A stretch of DNA of 64,000 bases, taken from positions 2,223,869 to 2,287,868 of the forward strand of contig CM119267.1 in assembly GCA_051294375.1 (NCBI GenBank), in the 5' to 3' direction. This document shows positions 1 to 13,553 of the stretch, in pieces; positions within the stretch are counted from its first letter, which is position 1; the number at the start of each line of letters is the position of its first letter. The notes beneath the pieces were generated by a model. The model made no database searches. It was not told where the DNA came from and saw only the letters and a program-made list of their open reading frames with translations. The DNA comes from Paraspadella gotoi (lineage: Eukaryota; Animalia; Chaetognatha). A program made the position numbers and the translations under genes.

Positions 1-680
1 AATTCACGTGCGCAATCAAAAATTGCATATTACATAAAGATTAAAAACGATTGTTATTTAATACAATGGTAAATTCCGGTTAGCAATGAAAAAAATTCGT
101 AAATTAAGACGCAGACTTATTGTAATAATAGTAATGTAATGTATAATGTAATTGCATTTTAAAACAAATTATTTTAGATTTAAATTGGAAAAAAAATCAC
201 TAAGTTTTATATTTCGTTTTACTTTCAACAAATTCTTCGTCGTAGGGAGACGAATCGTAGGTCAAATTGACTGATAGGCTGGCGTGACAGTGTGACTGCC
301 GTGACAGCGTGACTGGCTTTCCCTTCCTCTAACAAATAGAACAAAGCTTCTTTTGTTTTACGTGATACTTTTGAGTCTTTAATTTTTTTTCGTTATGTCT
401 GTTTAAAAGTATTGGTTTAAGCCTTTTTAAAATTTATATTTTAAAATTGTTTTTTTTTTCTCCTTTTTTACGTCGAAATCCCCAAGTGTACAAAACTCAG
501 GAGTACGAAAGAGAGACACGACGCCGACGACGACGACGAACGACGACGACGGCGATTTCCGCCAGTAAAAAACTCTTTCTTCTCTCTCTCCTCGTCTCTC
601 TTCTCTCTGCTCTCTCTCTCCTCTCTCTCCTCTCTCTCCTCTCTCTTCTCTCTCTCATTTCCTCTCTCTCTCGTGCTCTC

Positions 681-712
<32 letters not shown>

Positions 713-1072
713 TTCTCTCCTTCTCCCTTTTTCCGCCCCGAGGCCCATTTTTTTGCCCCGGGGTCCGGATCGGGAACTGATCACCCTTGAAGTCTCAACT
801 CTCGGCCAAGGGGGCGTTTCCCGGCACGAACATTTATGCTTTTGCGAAAACGTGGGCGCCGCAAAGGCAGCGCCCTGCAGCGCCCGGCGCGCTTCTGCAG
901 CGCCGCTAAGCATTGCCAGTAAAAGTACTACAAAGGCTTGAAGTTTTTTTGTTTTTTTTTGGCCTCTTAAGGTTTGCGGCGGGTTTTCGTATCTCCGATT
1001 CCGTACACTCTTCAAAAACGAGGGCCTATCCGAGAGGCGCCCGATCATAGCGTAAATTCATAATTATGTTTA

Positions 1073-1313
1073 TTTTTAGTTGCGCCGCGAGTATTCGGCA
1101 GAGCAACTATATTAGTCACTTTTGGTCGGTCTGTCGATCGGTTTGGTCGGGTCACGTCGGTATTTCTGTCTGTCGGTCTGTCCCTATAAAGAATAAGACG
1201 GAATACCAATGCATACGTATCATAATTATAAAAGGATAAGGAAATTATTGTCCGTCCATGTGTCATATAATGTTACGTCATATCATATCATAAGGCAGTC
1301 ACTGCGGCGCAAC
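1073..1313 (+). mobile_element. DINE-1/HINE-like non-autonomous element, copy 1
   Basis: Starts TTTTTAGTTGCGCCGC. Short inverted repeat AGTTGC(1078)/GCAACT(1103), then a GTCG/GTCT microsatellite, and GCGGCGCAAC at 1304-1313 complementary to 1079-1088. A homologous copy lies at 11762-11890. Confidence 0.55.
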
Positions 1314-2744
1314 ACAATTTGATTAACCATATAGAATAGAATTAGGTATAGTTTAGGGTAAGGATTATAATTATGTATTATATTAGGATAAGATTAGAAA
1401 TTAAGTTTTAGATTTAGGGTAAGGAATTAGAATTAGTATTAAGATTTAGGGTAAGGGATTAGAATTAGGTATTAGATTAGGGTAAATGGATTAAGGTTAG
1501 TTATTGGGATTATTAATTTTTAAAAAAATCATTAAAGGTAAATATTTTTGGAGTATTAGAACTGAAATAGTGGCGCCTTTTGTAAAATAGTGCATTAAGG
1601 GTTTTTAAGGGCATTGAAAAGCCAAGAACATAAGAATATCCATAGAAAAGTCAATGCCACATTGGCTTTATATGTCTGGGTAGAACGGCATCTCTCAGCC
1701 TCTCACATTGGCGTCCTTTGCCCACCTCCCAGGCGCTGCAATCTCCCCGGCGCTGCATCTTCCCGGCGCTGCATTTTTTTTTTGAAAAAGCGAACCATGA
1801 AATCTCGTTGGGGCGAAAAATTTTTTTCTCTTTCTCTTCGGACGAAAACTGTTATTTTTTTCCCCTGAAGCAAAAAGTTTTTTTTAATGTCAAAGACGTT
1901 AAAAAAGTATAAGTTTAATGAGTAAGAATTTCCTCGGTTTATACGCAGAAAAAAGGTTATTTTTTTCTTAGTTTGTTTTGTTAGGAGTTATAGTTTGTCA
2001 GTAATATAATCTAAACAAGTCATCGAAATGAATAAAACGTAATATTATTCTTCCAGTTTCGGATGAAATTGTAATAACTTTAAATTTATTTCCAAAAGGT
2101 TTAAAATCGTTTAACTATTCCATTTAACTTGATTTGCACTACGGTTTTCACTGTGATCATTATTCCCCTTTCCTCGTGATTCAAGCCGACGTCACTTTTT
2201 TTCACAATGTCTTATTTTTCTCTGTGCGTCACATTCATGGCCTTAATTTTACAAAGATCACTTTTCATAACGAGGTCACTTTTTGAACCCAGGTGACCTT
2301 TTCACAAGGCGTACTTTTTCAGTTTTCACTCTTAAGTCGTTGACTCGTGAGCTCTTTCGAAAGAATTTCGCCCAAGTCCACAATCAGAATACTAATTCCT
2401 GCGTAGGTTGCCATGGGCGAACGAAGATAAACGATGACGCTGATGGAAAAAAAAAATCACCGACAAAACGATGATAAAGTGTCTATTTTGATGTAGACAG
2501 AGACGTTTGATAATGATGACGTCGAAAAGATTAGGGATGACACAGATATATGAGATGGCGAGGTTTTGTAGACGATGGAAAAATTAGAGACAGATCAACG
2601 ACCCTGTCTCTGTCTCTCTCTTGTTCCTGGCTTTCTCTGTATCTTTCTCCTCTCTCTCCTCTCTCTCACTCCCTCATCTCTCAGTTCGTCCTCCCGTCCC
2701 TCTCTCCGTCCTCGCCTCCCTTCCCCGTCCTGCCTTCTCTCGTC

Positions 2745-2779
<35 letters not shown>

Positions 2780-4013
2780 CTCTTCCCTTTCTCTACTCTC
2801 TCTCCCTCTCTCTCTCCCTCCTCCTCTCCGTCTCTCTCCTCTCTCCTCTCTCATATTCACCTTAACGCGAATCTAATCTGGGATGAAATTCAATAAACCT
2901 ACTCGGAGCTTCCGCTCCCGCAGGAAAACCTTGAGATTTGACCCACACATCGCGACGAAGAACGACCGCTCGTAAAAACGACGACAACGACGACGCGACG
3001 ACGACGAAAGAGTGAGTGAAAAGTGACCACCAGTGGCTTCGGCGAATGAATGTTAAACGCAGTGTGGCGGATAAGACCCCAATTTATAGATAATTACATG
3101 ACATTTTACTGCCCTAACTATAACATCAATGCACAGCTGATCAACTGCCTACTTTCAAACTTACCCGGTCCTGCTTTTGTTATTATCTTGGTGGGAACTT
3201 AACACAAGAGACATACTCGCCCGTCCAAACAATGGGCAGGTAGTTGATTATCTATAAAGAATGGATAATTGTTTATTTGGTCCTATACCAGTTTCAATAA
3301 TTATTTCAGTAGGACAGAGAGAGGGACAAAAGGTGAGCCTAAAGACATTACTAAAAAAAAGGAAATTGCGACAAAGGCCTAAGACAATCGCGTCTAAGAA
3401 AAAAGAAATGATTGTAGCGAATTTGTTGAGGTCAAAAGTCAACGATTTTTTTTGCTGCAGCGAATTCGAAAAAAAAAAAGAAAAAAAGAAGAAAGAAAAT
3501 CCCAGTTTTTTATTTTCTTTTCTATTTTTTGTTTCTTTCGTTTTTTTTTTTGTTTATTACTTCTGCCAAAAATAGAAACAACGTTTTCGTTTTTTTCGAG
3601 CAGAAACTTTGGCTTATTTTCCAAAAACGCCCCGTCTGACTTAAATTCGGAATTAAAATTCGGTTTTAGGGTTGAAGATTAAGTTAACGGTTATGGATTT
3701 GGTTAATGAGTTAAGGATTAGCGTCAATGGCTTTGGTTTAATGGTTAATGGATCGAGTTTAGGATTAGAGAAAGGATTAAGCATGAAAGGTTAAGGAAAA
3801 GATTAGAGATATGATATTATAATTAATATAACATATAGATATGGATAGAGTTTAGGGAATAAGGTTAGAGTTATAGATTTGGATTCTGTATTAGAGTTTA
3901 AATTAGGTTTCAGAATTATGACACATGTTCATTGAACAATGGCAAAATTTAATTCAGTTGTATAACAATTTTGTTACATGTTCATAACCTTTCTTTTCCG
4001 TTGTTATTTAATA

Positions 4014-4195
4014 TTTAGAAGAAAACAAAGTGTTTTGTATTTTTACAGAACAACGATTTATTTTAATAGACGGACATGTTTCACTCTTTGGGCTTTCGAG
4101 TCAAATGCGATGAAGACTCGAACAAAGAGTCGAAACATGTACGTCTATTAAAATAAATCGTTGTAACAAAAACAAAAACACTGTTTTCTCTAAAC
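4014..4195. repeat. About 180-bp imperfect palindrome with a hammerhead-ribozyme-like core (possible Penelope-like element remnant)
   Basis: CAACGATTTATTTTAATAGACGGACATGTTTCACTCTTTG (4051) pairs with CAAAGAGTCGAAACATGTACGTCTATTAAAATAAATCGTTG (4122). Core reads CGATGA-a-GACTC-loop-GAGTC-GAAAC. Confidence 0.6.
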
Positions 4196-5084
4196 AATTT
4201 AGTTAAAAAAACTCCAGCGAAGAGACGGTTTTAGTTTAGGTCCGAGGAACAACTTTTTGTACATTTAAAATAACGAATTGAAATTTTAGGGTTTTTTCTT
4301 AAGAATATATATAGAACGTTGTTTTATTATTTTTTTTGCATTGTATGAATTAGAAAAAAACTTATGCTGAAATTAAAGTTACTCTGCCAAACTGAATTTT
4401 TTTTATGGAAATTGTAGGCTGCAATTCATATTCAAATAAAAGGACGTGTCTGAGCGAGCCTAATTCGTCTCTCTCTCTCTCTCTTCTCTTTCCTCTTCCT
4501 CTCTCTCTCTTCTCTCTCTCCTCTCTCTCTCGTCTCTCTTTTCATCACGAGGGGCTCAAAGCGCAAAATTGAAAAGGCGCTGAAATGGAGTTTGAAATAA
4601 AAAATAAAAGACCGAGAATATTTTTTTTTTATCTTGTTTCTTTCGCTCCGCTCTCTTTTTTTTTTTTAACTCCCTCTCTGTCTGTAGTCTTCACCATGCT
4701 TACTCTTTCTCCGTTTCTTAACTCCTTCTCTCCCTCTCTTCTCTATTATGCTTTACCTTTCTCTTTTTTTTTTTCGTCCCTCTTCTTCTTTTTCTTTTTC
4801 CTCTCCCTTCATCTCCCTCCGCTCCTCACTCTCTCCCCTATTTTTTCTTCCCTCTCCCTCTCTCTCCCCCCTCTCTCTCTTTCTCTCCCTCTCTCTCTCT
4901 CTCTCATACTTCTATCGTCGAGATGTTTTCTTCAAAGTCTTAATACGAGTCGCTTTCACCCGGCGGCCAACCAGAAAAAATCCATTTCACACATTTTCAA
5001 CCCTCGTTTTTTTCTCCACGAGATCTTAACTGGCGGTCATCGTTAAGTTTACTTGCATTCAGAGAGATTGCGATAAATCTCCTC

Positions 5085-5930
5085 GGATCATGAATATCAT
5101 CATGATATCCACTTGAAATCATCTTGAATATCATCATTGAATATTATCTTGAATCTCATCTTGAATCTCTCATCTTGAATTCATCATGAATACATTTTTG
5201 AATAAATATTGAAACTTCATCTTGAATTTCATCTTGAATATCATCTTGAATATCATCTTGATAATGCATTCTTAATCTCATCTTGAATAATATCATGAAT
5301 ATCATCTTAAATATAATCATCCTTGAATATCATTCTTGAATATCATCTTTAATATCATTCTATGTAATATCATCTGGAATATTATTTGAATCTCACCTTG
5401 AATCTCATCTTGAATCTCATCTTGGAACTCATCTTGAATATCAATCATGAATATCATTTTGATATGATCTGAATCTCATCTTTGAATCACATTTTAAATA
5501 TCATCTTGAATATCATTTTGAATATCATCTTGAATTCATGTTTGAATCCATCTTGCGAATCTCATCTTGAATTTATCTTGAAATATATTTGAATCTCATC
5601 TTGAATCTCATCTTGAATCACATTTTTAAATATCATCTTGAATTCATTTTGAATATCATCTTGATATATATTTTGAATCTCATCTTGATATCCTATACTT
5701 GAATATTCAATTTGAATATATCCTTGAATACTCAGTCTTGAATCTCATCTTAAATAGTATCTTAAAATATCATTCTTGCATATCTTCTTGAATCTCATTT
5801 GAAATCCATCTTGAATCTATCTTAAATATCATTTTGAATTATCATCTTGAATCTATCTTGAATCTCATCTCCAGTCTCATCTTAAATTATATTTTGAATA
5901 TCATTTTGAATCTCATCTGAATCTCATAAT
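5085..5930. repeat. Degenerate 12-bp tandem repeat (T[A/C]TCATCTTGAA)n
   Basis: Visible periodicity over about 850 bp, with no unique spacers. Confidence 0.9.
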
Positions 5931-6219
5931 CGTCCTTTTTTCGTCAACTATATCTTTTTTTTAATTCGTATCTTTTCATCTTTTCTCTTTTAGGCTTTAA
6001 AATCTTAATTGCTACACCATTCGCAAGTTTCATTGACATAAAAAAAAAGATTCTTCTTTTTTTTGGTTTATTATTCCGTAATTAATATTTCTTTTGAGCA
6101 AAAAAAAAATAAAACTCTTTTCGCCGCTTTGAATGAAATTCGAGATCCGAGTTATGAGGCCTAAAAATTTACTGAAATAAAATGGATGAAGGAAATAAAA
6201 TGCCGTCTTCTTGTTGAGT

Positions 6220-6264
<45 letters not shown>

Positions 6265-6430
6265 GAGGAGAGAGAGAGGAGAAGACAAAAACAGCTCAGG
6301 ATGATGCTATAAGATTTTATGATCGCCTTTGGTGGCCGCTTTTTTTCGAAAAAATCNNNNNNNNNNNNNNNNNNNNNNNNNGGTGATAACGTGATACTGC
6401 AATTCATAATCTTGTGACGTCGACAAAAAG

Positions 6431-6504
<74 letters not shown>
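6431..6504. repeat. (GAC)n trinucleotide microsatellite
   Basis: Perfect run. Similar runs occur near 520, 11460, 31625, 43375, 43950 and 55490. Confidence 0.95.
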
Positions 6505-6576
6505 ATTTGTTTTCATCGTTGAATCTTTATTTGTTGTAACGTCATTAGCTTCCATCTCAGTCCCCATCATCGTAAT

Positions 6577-6625
<49 letters not shown>

Positions 6626-7530
6626 TGAGAGAGAGATTTAAAAAGAGCGGTCTTCAATCAGAAACAAAGATTTCGTTAATTGGTTTAAAATTTTAGAAAA
6701 AAATTTGGTTGTTGTCTTCATATGTTGTCGTTGTCGTTGTTGTTGTTATCATCGTCGTTGTTGTTCTTATGAAAGCTGTAAAATTAAAATCTGGCCGTAA
6801 TGTAGAAATAAAACTGAGGCATCACAAAATACGAATCACACAATCACTGTGAAATAAAACGTTTCATGCGGTGGCGTCTCTTAACATTTTTAGATTTAAT
6901 TAAAATACAAATCTGACTAAATCTTTATAATAAAAAAAACAAACAAACGAATCCGCAAAGTTAAATGTCATTTTTAAAGTGAATTACAAAACATTGTTTT
7001 TCGTTAACCTACACATCCATAAATTACTAATAGGCAGTTATATATTACAAAGACACTCTAAATATTATTAACAGGCGGATAGCCGGTGACTTCGTTGCAA
7101 TGACAATAATATTGTTTATTAAATAAAAAATATTTACTTTTTATTATTAAAATTACTCTGATAAAGGTTTGGGAGCTCATATGACTCAAATGACTTTTAT
7201 CGTCTCCGTTTTTCCTTGTTTATACTCTGCTTCTGTTGTCTCATATGTCCTTAAGGTCTGAAGTCAATACCCTACAGGGCCTCCACTAATCCTGACTCTG
7301 TCACTAAAACTTTTATTTTTAACCTAGAAAGTGGTTTTTCCCGAGTAAATAAAATATTTTACTTTNNNNNNNNNNNNNNNNNNNNNNNNNGTAGGAAAGG
7401 AAAGAGAGAAATATTTCACCATCGATGGGATGAGAAAGAAAGAACATAAAAAATAAATAGAGGGGAGAAAAAGCAATTTGAAAATAAATGAGTAAAAAGA
7501 AAAGGTTTATAGCGGGTGGTTTCGACGCCG

Positions 7531-7598
<68 letters not shown>

Positions 7599-7912
7599 CC
7601 TAGAATTGGAACAGTTCGGCGGAGGAAAGGAAAATAAATGGGAGGAAATAAAAGCGAGAAGAAAAATAAAACGGAAGAAAAAAGGAAAAAAGAAAAAAAA
7701 AGTTGTGCCGTAATTTCGTCGGCGTTTCAAAATTAATCCCGGCCTTTTTCCTCCTTTTTTTCTCCTCCTCCTCTTCCTCCCTCCTCCCGAGACAGATGCT
7801 TCAGAACAGGTGCAAGGATAAGATTTAATTCCTCTACACCTTGTTTGAATAATCCCCCATCTGATTTGAGACTAATGGAAAATATGAATGAAGAATTAAG
7901 GATGTAGCTCTT

Positions 7913-7962
<50 letters not shown>

Positions 7963-8542
7963 CCTCTCTCTCTCTCTCTCTGGCGTGAGGGCAGAATACA
8001 AATCGCCACCAGCTCAACCGGATAACGGAAATTTTAAAGATTACAAATTTCTGTATTTAGCGTCACTGCATAGAAGGCAAAGGCTTTTTCCGTATGAAAG
8101 AAGAGAGAAATAACCAAAAGTTAACAATTCAACGTGAAAGCTAATATTAATAAATATACAATCCAATTTTTTTTTTTAGATTTTCATTTGTGTTTTTTTT
8201 TTCTGTAAATGAAATAAATCTATTATACATTATTCTTTTTTTGTTCGCCATTCGTCAACTAAGACTTTAAGAAAATAGATATTTTATAAAAAAAAATTAT
8301 TATAGGAAAATATATAATGAGAAAAAGTAATAAATCCTAGGAGTCTTTTATAATGAATTAATAAAAAAAACCAGTTAATAAAAAATAAAGGAAAAGTTTC
8401 TCTCTTTCTCTCTCAGTCAGGATCAAACAGCGGAAGTCGAAAACTTCCATTGAAATAAATGTTTTTCTGGCTTGTGTTCTTTTTTTTATTTCCCCGTCAG
8501 AAAACAGTAAATTTGTCAGAAACAAACAGAAGCGATCGCTTT

Positions 8543-8590
<48 letters not shown>

Positions 8591-8848
8591 AGAAAAAAGT
8601 CAATAAAAAAGCATTTAAAAGTGAATTAAATTTGTTTTTCCATAATCTATTTCTTACAAAACGAATTAAAAAAAAATCGATAAGAAAAACAAACGAACTT
8701 TGGAACCGATTTAGTTAGAGAATGAATCTCTTTGCAGCACCCCTTCAAAGCACCCCTTTACAGCACCCCTGATACAACAATCCCTTTGCAGCATCCCTGA
8801 TACAACAATCCCTTTGCAGCAACCCTGATGCAACACCCCGCCCGGCCG

Positions 8849-8990
8849 TCAAGGCGCCTCCAAGGCCAACATCCTGAGGAGGCTCTCGATGTCGACTTGA
8901 ACTCCATTGCTGCACTGAAGGATGATCTCCTCCATGAGCCCGTCCTCCAGTTGGAGTTTGTAGACGAGGTTGTAAGACTTGACGAGTTTC
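8849..8990 (-). CDS. IgSF receptor exon 14 (last coding): KLVKSYNLVYKLQLEDGLMEEIILQCSNGVQVDIESLLRMLALEAP*; exit helix of EF-hand 1 plus degenerate EF-hand 2
   Basis: Acceptor tttttttcag|G, phase 2 matching the exon 13 donor, GC3-rich codons, TGA at 8849-8851. Resembles the C1orf87 C-terminus (from memory, not searched). Confidence 0.85.
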
Positions 8991-9821
8991 CTGAAAAAAA
9001 TTTTTAAGAATTTAATTTTGGTAAAGAAAGTCCTCATCCATATGGCAAATGAACAAAATGAACAAAATTATTAAAAATTTAATTTGGGTAAAAAGTCTCT
9101 CAATATGCAAATGAACAAAATGAACAATATGCAAATGAACAAAATTGTTAAAAATTTAATTTTGGTAAAAAGTCTCTCAATATGCAAATGATTTTTTTTT
9201 TAAATACTTTTCGTCTTTATGGGCTTCCGGTAAAGAATGACAATTTTAAAATTTTTTACCTTTTTTTTTAATTTGTTGAGGAAATCACGATATTTGAAAA
9301 GATTTTGCTTTCACCAAGTTAGTGTAAAAATAATGATCCTCATTTGTTTTTATTAGTTAACTCAATAAGTCATTTTTCGATCGGTCGGTCGGTATGTCTG
9401 TTGGTTTACTTAAATATTAAATGGTTTATAACTCGGTTAATACTTGATCAATTTAGTTCATACTTCGTAGGAAGGTAAGGTAAAGTAAGGTAAGGTAGCA
9501 CCTTTTACGTGCATATTTATCATACTCGTGCAGTCATTGGACCACTTTAAAAATCGGTCACATGACTTCAAATTCAATGCAACATAACTCATGAAATACT
9601 GAGGTATTTTAATTAATACTTGACAGACGAGTAAGGTGTCCATCCATGAATGATTGTTGTGCATATGTTCCATACTTGTATAATGTATAGTCACGTGACC
9701 CAGCAGAGCTACTGTAACATTTCGTAGAGACAAAAACAAATATTAAAAAAGAGAAGACAATTTTTTATTCAAAGAAATGAGCCAATGTTGTGACCTTGGA
9801 TACGACCGTTCATTCCTAATA

Positions 9822-10060
9822 ATAGCGCACTGAGCTAACACTTCACTTCTGAACTCAAAGATCCCGGATTCGAGCCCTGACCGAAACGATGCTTGCAATA
9901 GGGTGCCGGGCCGGAAGCTAACCTTTACCACCGGATCCGAGGTTCGGGAAAGCAAAGAAACTGACGGAAAAATCTGGCAGACCCATTTGGCTCACTGAGG
10001 GACACTCACGGAGAGGAAGGGCGACTCTCTCTTCTCCCGTTCACTTCACCCAGTGAGATA
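9822..10060 (+). mobile_element. tRNA-derived SINE candidate
   Basis: A-box-like TAGCGCACTGAG and B-box-like GGATTCGAGCC at tRNA-like spacing, followed by a GC-richer body inside an AT-rich intron. The 3' end is approximate. Confidence 0.4.
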
Positions 10061-10532
10061 TTTAAACAAATAATCGATAATAAGTATAGTCCTGTGTTAA
10101 AAAAAATGAGGATACCTTATAAATTGATATTAAAAAATATTTTGGTTTCTAGCAAATCTTAAAAAAATAATTTTTGTAGTGACTCAAATGACGAATGTTT
10201 TTGACCACTTGTCTTTCGGGAGCAATAACTCTTTAATGCTTGGACAAATTTTCTTTTAACTTATACATATGGATTTCCTATTTCAAAATCTACATTCATC
10301 ATTTATAAATTTTTATAATATGTGCATAAAACAAGCGTAACTTAAGTTTTTTTACAAAAGTCTGTACTTTTAAAAATCTACTTATATCATTTAAAATTTT
10401 TTTTTTGGAATACATGCATAAAACGCGCACAATTTAGGATTTAAGAGTGTCCTATTTTTTTTTGGCCAAGGACTGTACGTAAAAATAATTGATATATTAT
10501 TAACTATGTTTAAATCCGTAATGAAAACTGAC

Positions 10533-10791
10533 CTGACTTCATCGATTCCATGAAACCCGTCCGAGTCTGCATCCTTTGCATGAAGAGCGCGAGCCAAACC
10601 CAAGAATCCGTAGAACCACGAATCTTCTTCCTCCGATCGGTCCGAGGCTGAGCCCGGCCCTGGCCCGGGCGGCGCACCCGACGAAGGGTTGAGCCCGACG
10701 GGGTTTACGCAGCCGCCGAGGGTCGGGGCGCCGCCCATGCGGGCTGCCAGGGTGAGGGTGCCGACGGGGCCGCCGTTGGCGCTGCACGGGA
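10533..10791 (-). CDS. IgSF receptor exon 13: Gly/Pro-rich linker plus EF-hand (…EEEDSWFYGFLGLARALHAKDADSDGFHGIDEVR)
   Basis: Acceptor ctcttcctcgtgcag|TC, donor AG|GTCAGT. 259 nt, phase 1 to 2, open frame. Loop D-x-D-x-D-G-x-x-x-x-x-E. Confidence 0.85.
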
Positions 10792-11120
10792 CTGCACGAG
10801 GAAGAGGGGGCGAAGGGGGAGGGGTAATTGTAGAATCGATATCTCGCGTTGTCTCTCGTTCTATCTTATTGTCTCTATGTCTCTCGGTCTGTCTCCCTTT
10901 CCTTCTTTCCTTCTGTATGTCTCTCTATCTTGCTGTCTTTCTGTCACTCACTCGGTCTTTCATTCCGTCTCTTTTCTGTCTATCATGCTGTCTCTCTTTA
11001 TGTCTATCTTTCTGTCTATCGGTCTCTCATTTTGTCTCTTTTCTGTCTTTCTGTCTCTCTGTCTATCTTTCTGTCTCTCTCCTCTGTATCTCATTCTGTC
11101 TTTCATGCCGTCTCTGATTC

Positions 11121-11169
<49 letters not shown>

Positions 11170-11761
11170 GTCTCTATCTTTTCTCTATCTTCTCCCTATA
11201 GCTTCTAATCATTAACTGTTTCTCTTGTTACTTTCTCTTTCTCATTTCCTCCTCTTCCTTCCCACCCTTTCCTCCCCCGTCCCCTTCCTCTTCATCCCCT
11301 CCTCCCTCCCCCCCTCAAATCGACGAGAGAATTCTGTTTTCGGTGCCTTTTGTTTGTGGCTTCGGATCTCAGCCACCAGAGGCGCTGGATTTTTCGGCCC
11401 AAATTAAACAAAACAAAAGCGAGAAATTTATGTCGGTTTTTCGCTCCTTTAGACATGCGCGTCGTCGTCGTTGTCGTCGTCGTCGTCGTCATCTCCGTTG
11501 TCGTCGTCGCTGTTCTCGTCGTCGCTGTCGTCGTCGTCGTCATCGTAGCGTTCATAGACGAATGCGCATCCTGCCATCTTCTTCCGCTCATGTCTCGCCA
11601 CTTGATTCCGATCGAATGCCACCTTCCATGCCACTTCACTCCTATAGAATTCCAAACCGGTCATGCCTTTAACCTTTCTACGACTGCAATGCCGCCTCTG
11701 CGCGCCTACCCTGCCATGACTTCCACGCCTGCCACATCTCACGGCTTTTTCACTCTCCCCC

Positions 11762-11890
11762 TTTTAGTTGCGTCGCGAGTACTCGCGGAGCAACTCTATG
11801 AGACACTTTTCGATCTGTCCGTCAGTCCGTCAGTCCGTCGGTCGGTCGGTATGTTTGTCCAGAGGAGCTAAAAAAGTCACTGCAACGCAT
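11762..11890 (+). mobile_element. DINE-1/HINE-like element, copy 2 (short)
   Basis: TTTTAGTTGCGTCGCGAGTACTCGCGGAGCAACTCTAT…CTGTCCGTCAGTCCGTC…GTCACTGCAACGCA, aligning by eye with 1073-1313. Fragments also near 9368 and 34925. Confidence 0.55.
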
Positions 11891-12362
11891 TTGAATTTCC
11901 GTTCTTCTTTTCAAAATGATATATTTTCCTATAGAACATTTTTAATCCGGCCGAACCCGTCTGTGAAAATATTGAAAAGAAGGTCTGACTTTTATAATAA
12001 CTTAGGTAAAAATATCGAAGCTAAAGAGAGAGAGAGAGAGANNNNNNNNNNGAGAGAGAGAGAGAAAGAGAATCTGACTTTTATATTAAGTTAAAATCTC
12101 CACGTTAAAAAGTCACTTGTTTTTTATTTTGGCAAATCGATTTCTTAGAAATTCCAAAAAAGTCTAATCGTTGACAGGAAACGCCTGACTCATATACTAT
12201 GGCGGGAAAAGGAAGGCCTGAATAACGCAAAGGAGGGTTGAATAAAGCAAAAAAAGCCTTAATAAAGCAAAGGAGATTAGCTTCTCGCTTGTTGGCTTTC
12301 GATATCCAAAATTTATTCCTTTCTTGTGAAAAGAAAATTATTATTCTTCGCCCGGAGCATCT

Positions 12363-12409
<47 letters not shown>

Positions 12410-12732
12410 GCATTGTGCATGCCGGCTGATCTCCTTTGTCGTTGTTGTCCACGTCACCAACAAACGGGCGTTCCCATAGCAACGCCTCTCAAACACCCAA
12501 CGTTAGTCACCGACCACCTTGTCCCAAAAATGACCCAAATATTCTCTCGACACGACCGGGGCTCGAACGAGAAACCTCTGTACCCAAAACCCTACGGCTG
12601 AGCCCAAGTCTCCAAGTCTCCAGCACACCACGTGTTTGTCTTCGTCTCGTGGGAAGAATCGAGAAACGAGAAAGACGCTCATTAATCAGGGAGAGAAAAA
12701 AATCGAAAAGAAAAAGACGAACAACACAAGAC

Positions 12733-13553
12733 TAATGCTGAGAAAGATGCCGAGATACTGAAAAAGTAATGCAGAGAAAGATACTGCCATACTGACAAAG
12801 TAATGCCGAGAAAGATACTGCCATACTGAAAAAGTATTGAGGATTTTACTGTAACGCCGTGAGCGAGCTAGTGTATTCTGACTTGCTTTTCATTTATAGA
12901 AATTCGAAGTATATAAATTTAGTAATATTTATTGTAGTAGACATAACATGAGCGGGAAACGTGAAGCAAGTAGAAGGGAGACTATTCTAAACATAATAAG
13001 AGAAAAAAATATTAAAAATAGTCAACTTAAAACTTAATTATAAAATTGTAAAATAACATTTTAAATGCTGACCGACTGTCACGAATCATTGGTAACTTAT
13101 CCTCTTAGTTTTAGGTAAGCACGTCTCTTTTATATATTTGGGTAAGGTACAATCATGAGGACTAACCAATCAGAGAGCGACGTTTAAAATACTTGATCAA
13201 TCAGATACTTCGTATGCAACAAAAAATATGAATTCAATAATAAAAAGGGCATCAAACAACCGAGCGACTATCTCGTAACAAATAAAAATTTAAAACAGAG
13301 AAAGATACTGCCATACTTAAAAAGTAATGCCCAGAAAGGTACAGTGAAACGGAAAAAGGAATGCCGAGAAAAATACTGCCTGACTGAAAAAGTAATGCAG
13401 AGAAAGAAACTGCCATACTAAAAAAGTAATGCTGAGAAAGCTGCTACGATACTGAAAAAGTAATGCTAAGAAAGATGCTGCCATACTGAAAAAGTAATGC
13501 TGACAAAGATGCTGCCATACTGAAAAAGTAATGCTGAGAAAGATGCTGCCATA
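12733..13553. repeat. 34-bp minisatellite (GAGAAAGATGCTGCCATACTGAAAAAGTAATGCT) split by an ~460-bp unrelated segment
   Basis: About 3 copies at 12733-12838 and about 7-8 copies at 13297-13553. The 34-bp period was measured at 13461/13495/13529. Confidence 0.85.

Noticed and set aside
1340-1505. TTAGG/TTTAGGG-like runs as telomeric repeats (also ~3660-3910 and 31150-31335)
   Set aside because: Too degenerate and interstitial, with no perfect array.
447-8603. ORFs rich in SL/RE dipeptides here and throughout 34-63 kb
   Set aside because: Translations of (CT)n/(GA)n tracts or read-through of N gaps, with no splice or domain evidence.
12733-13553. 34-bp repeats as a CRISPR array
   Set aside because: Head-to-tail units with no unique spacers, no cas genes, and a eukaryotic intron context.
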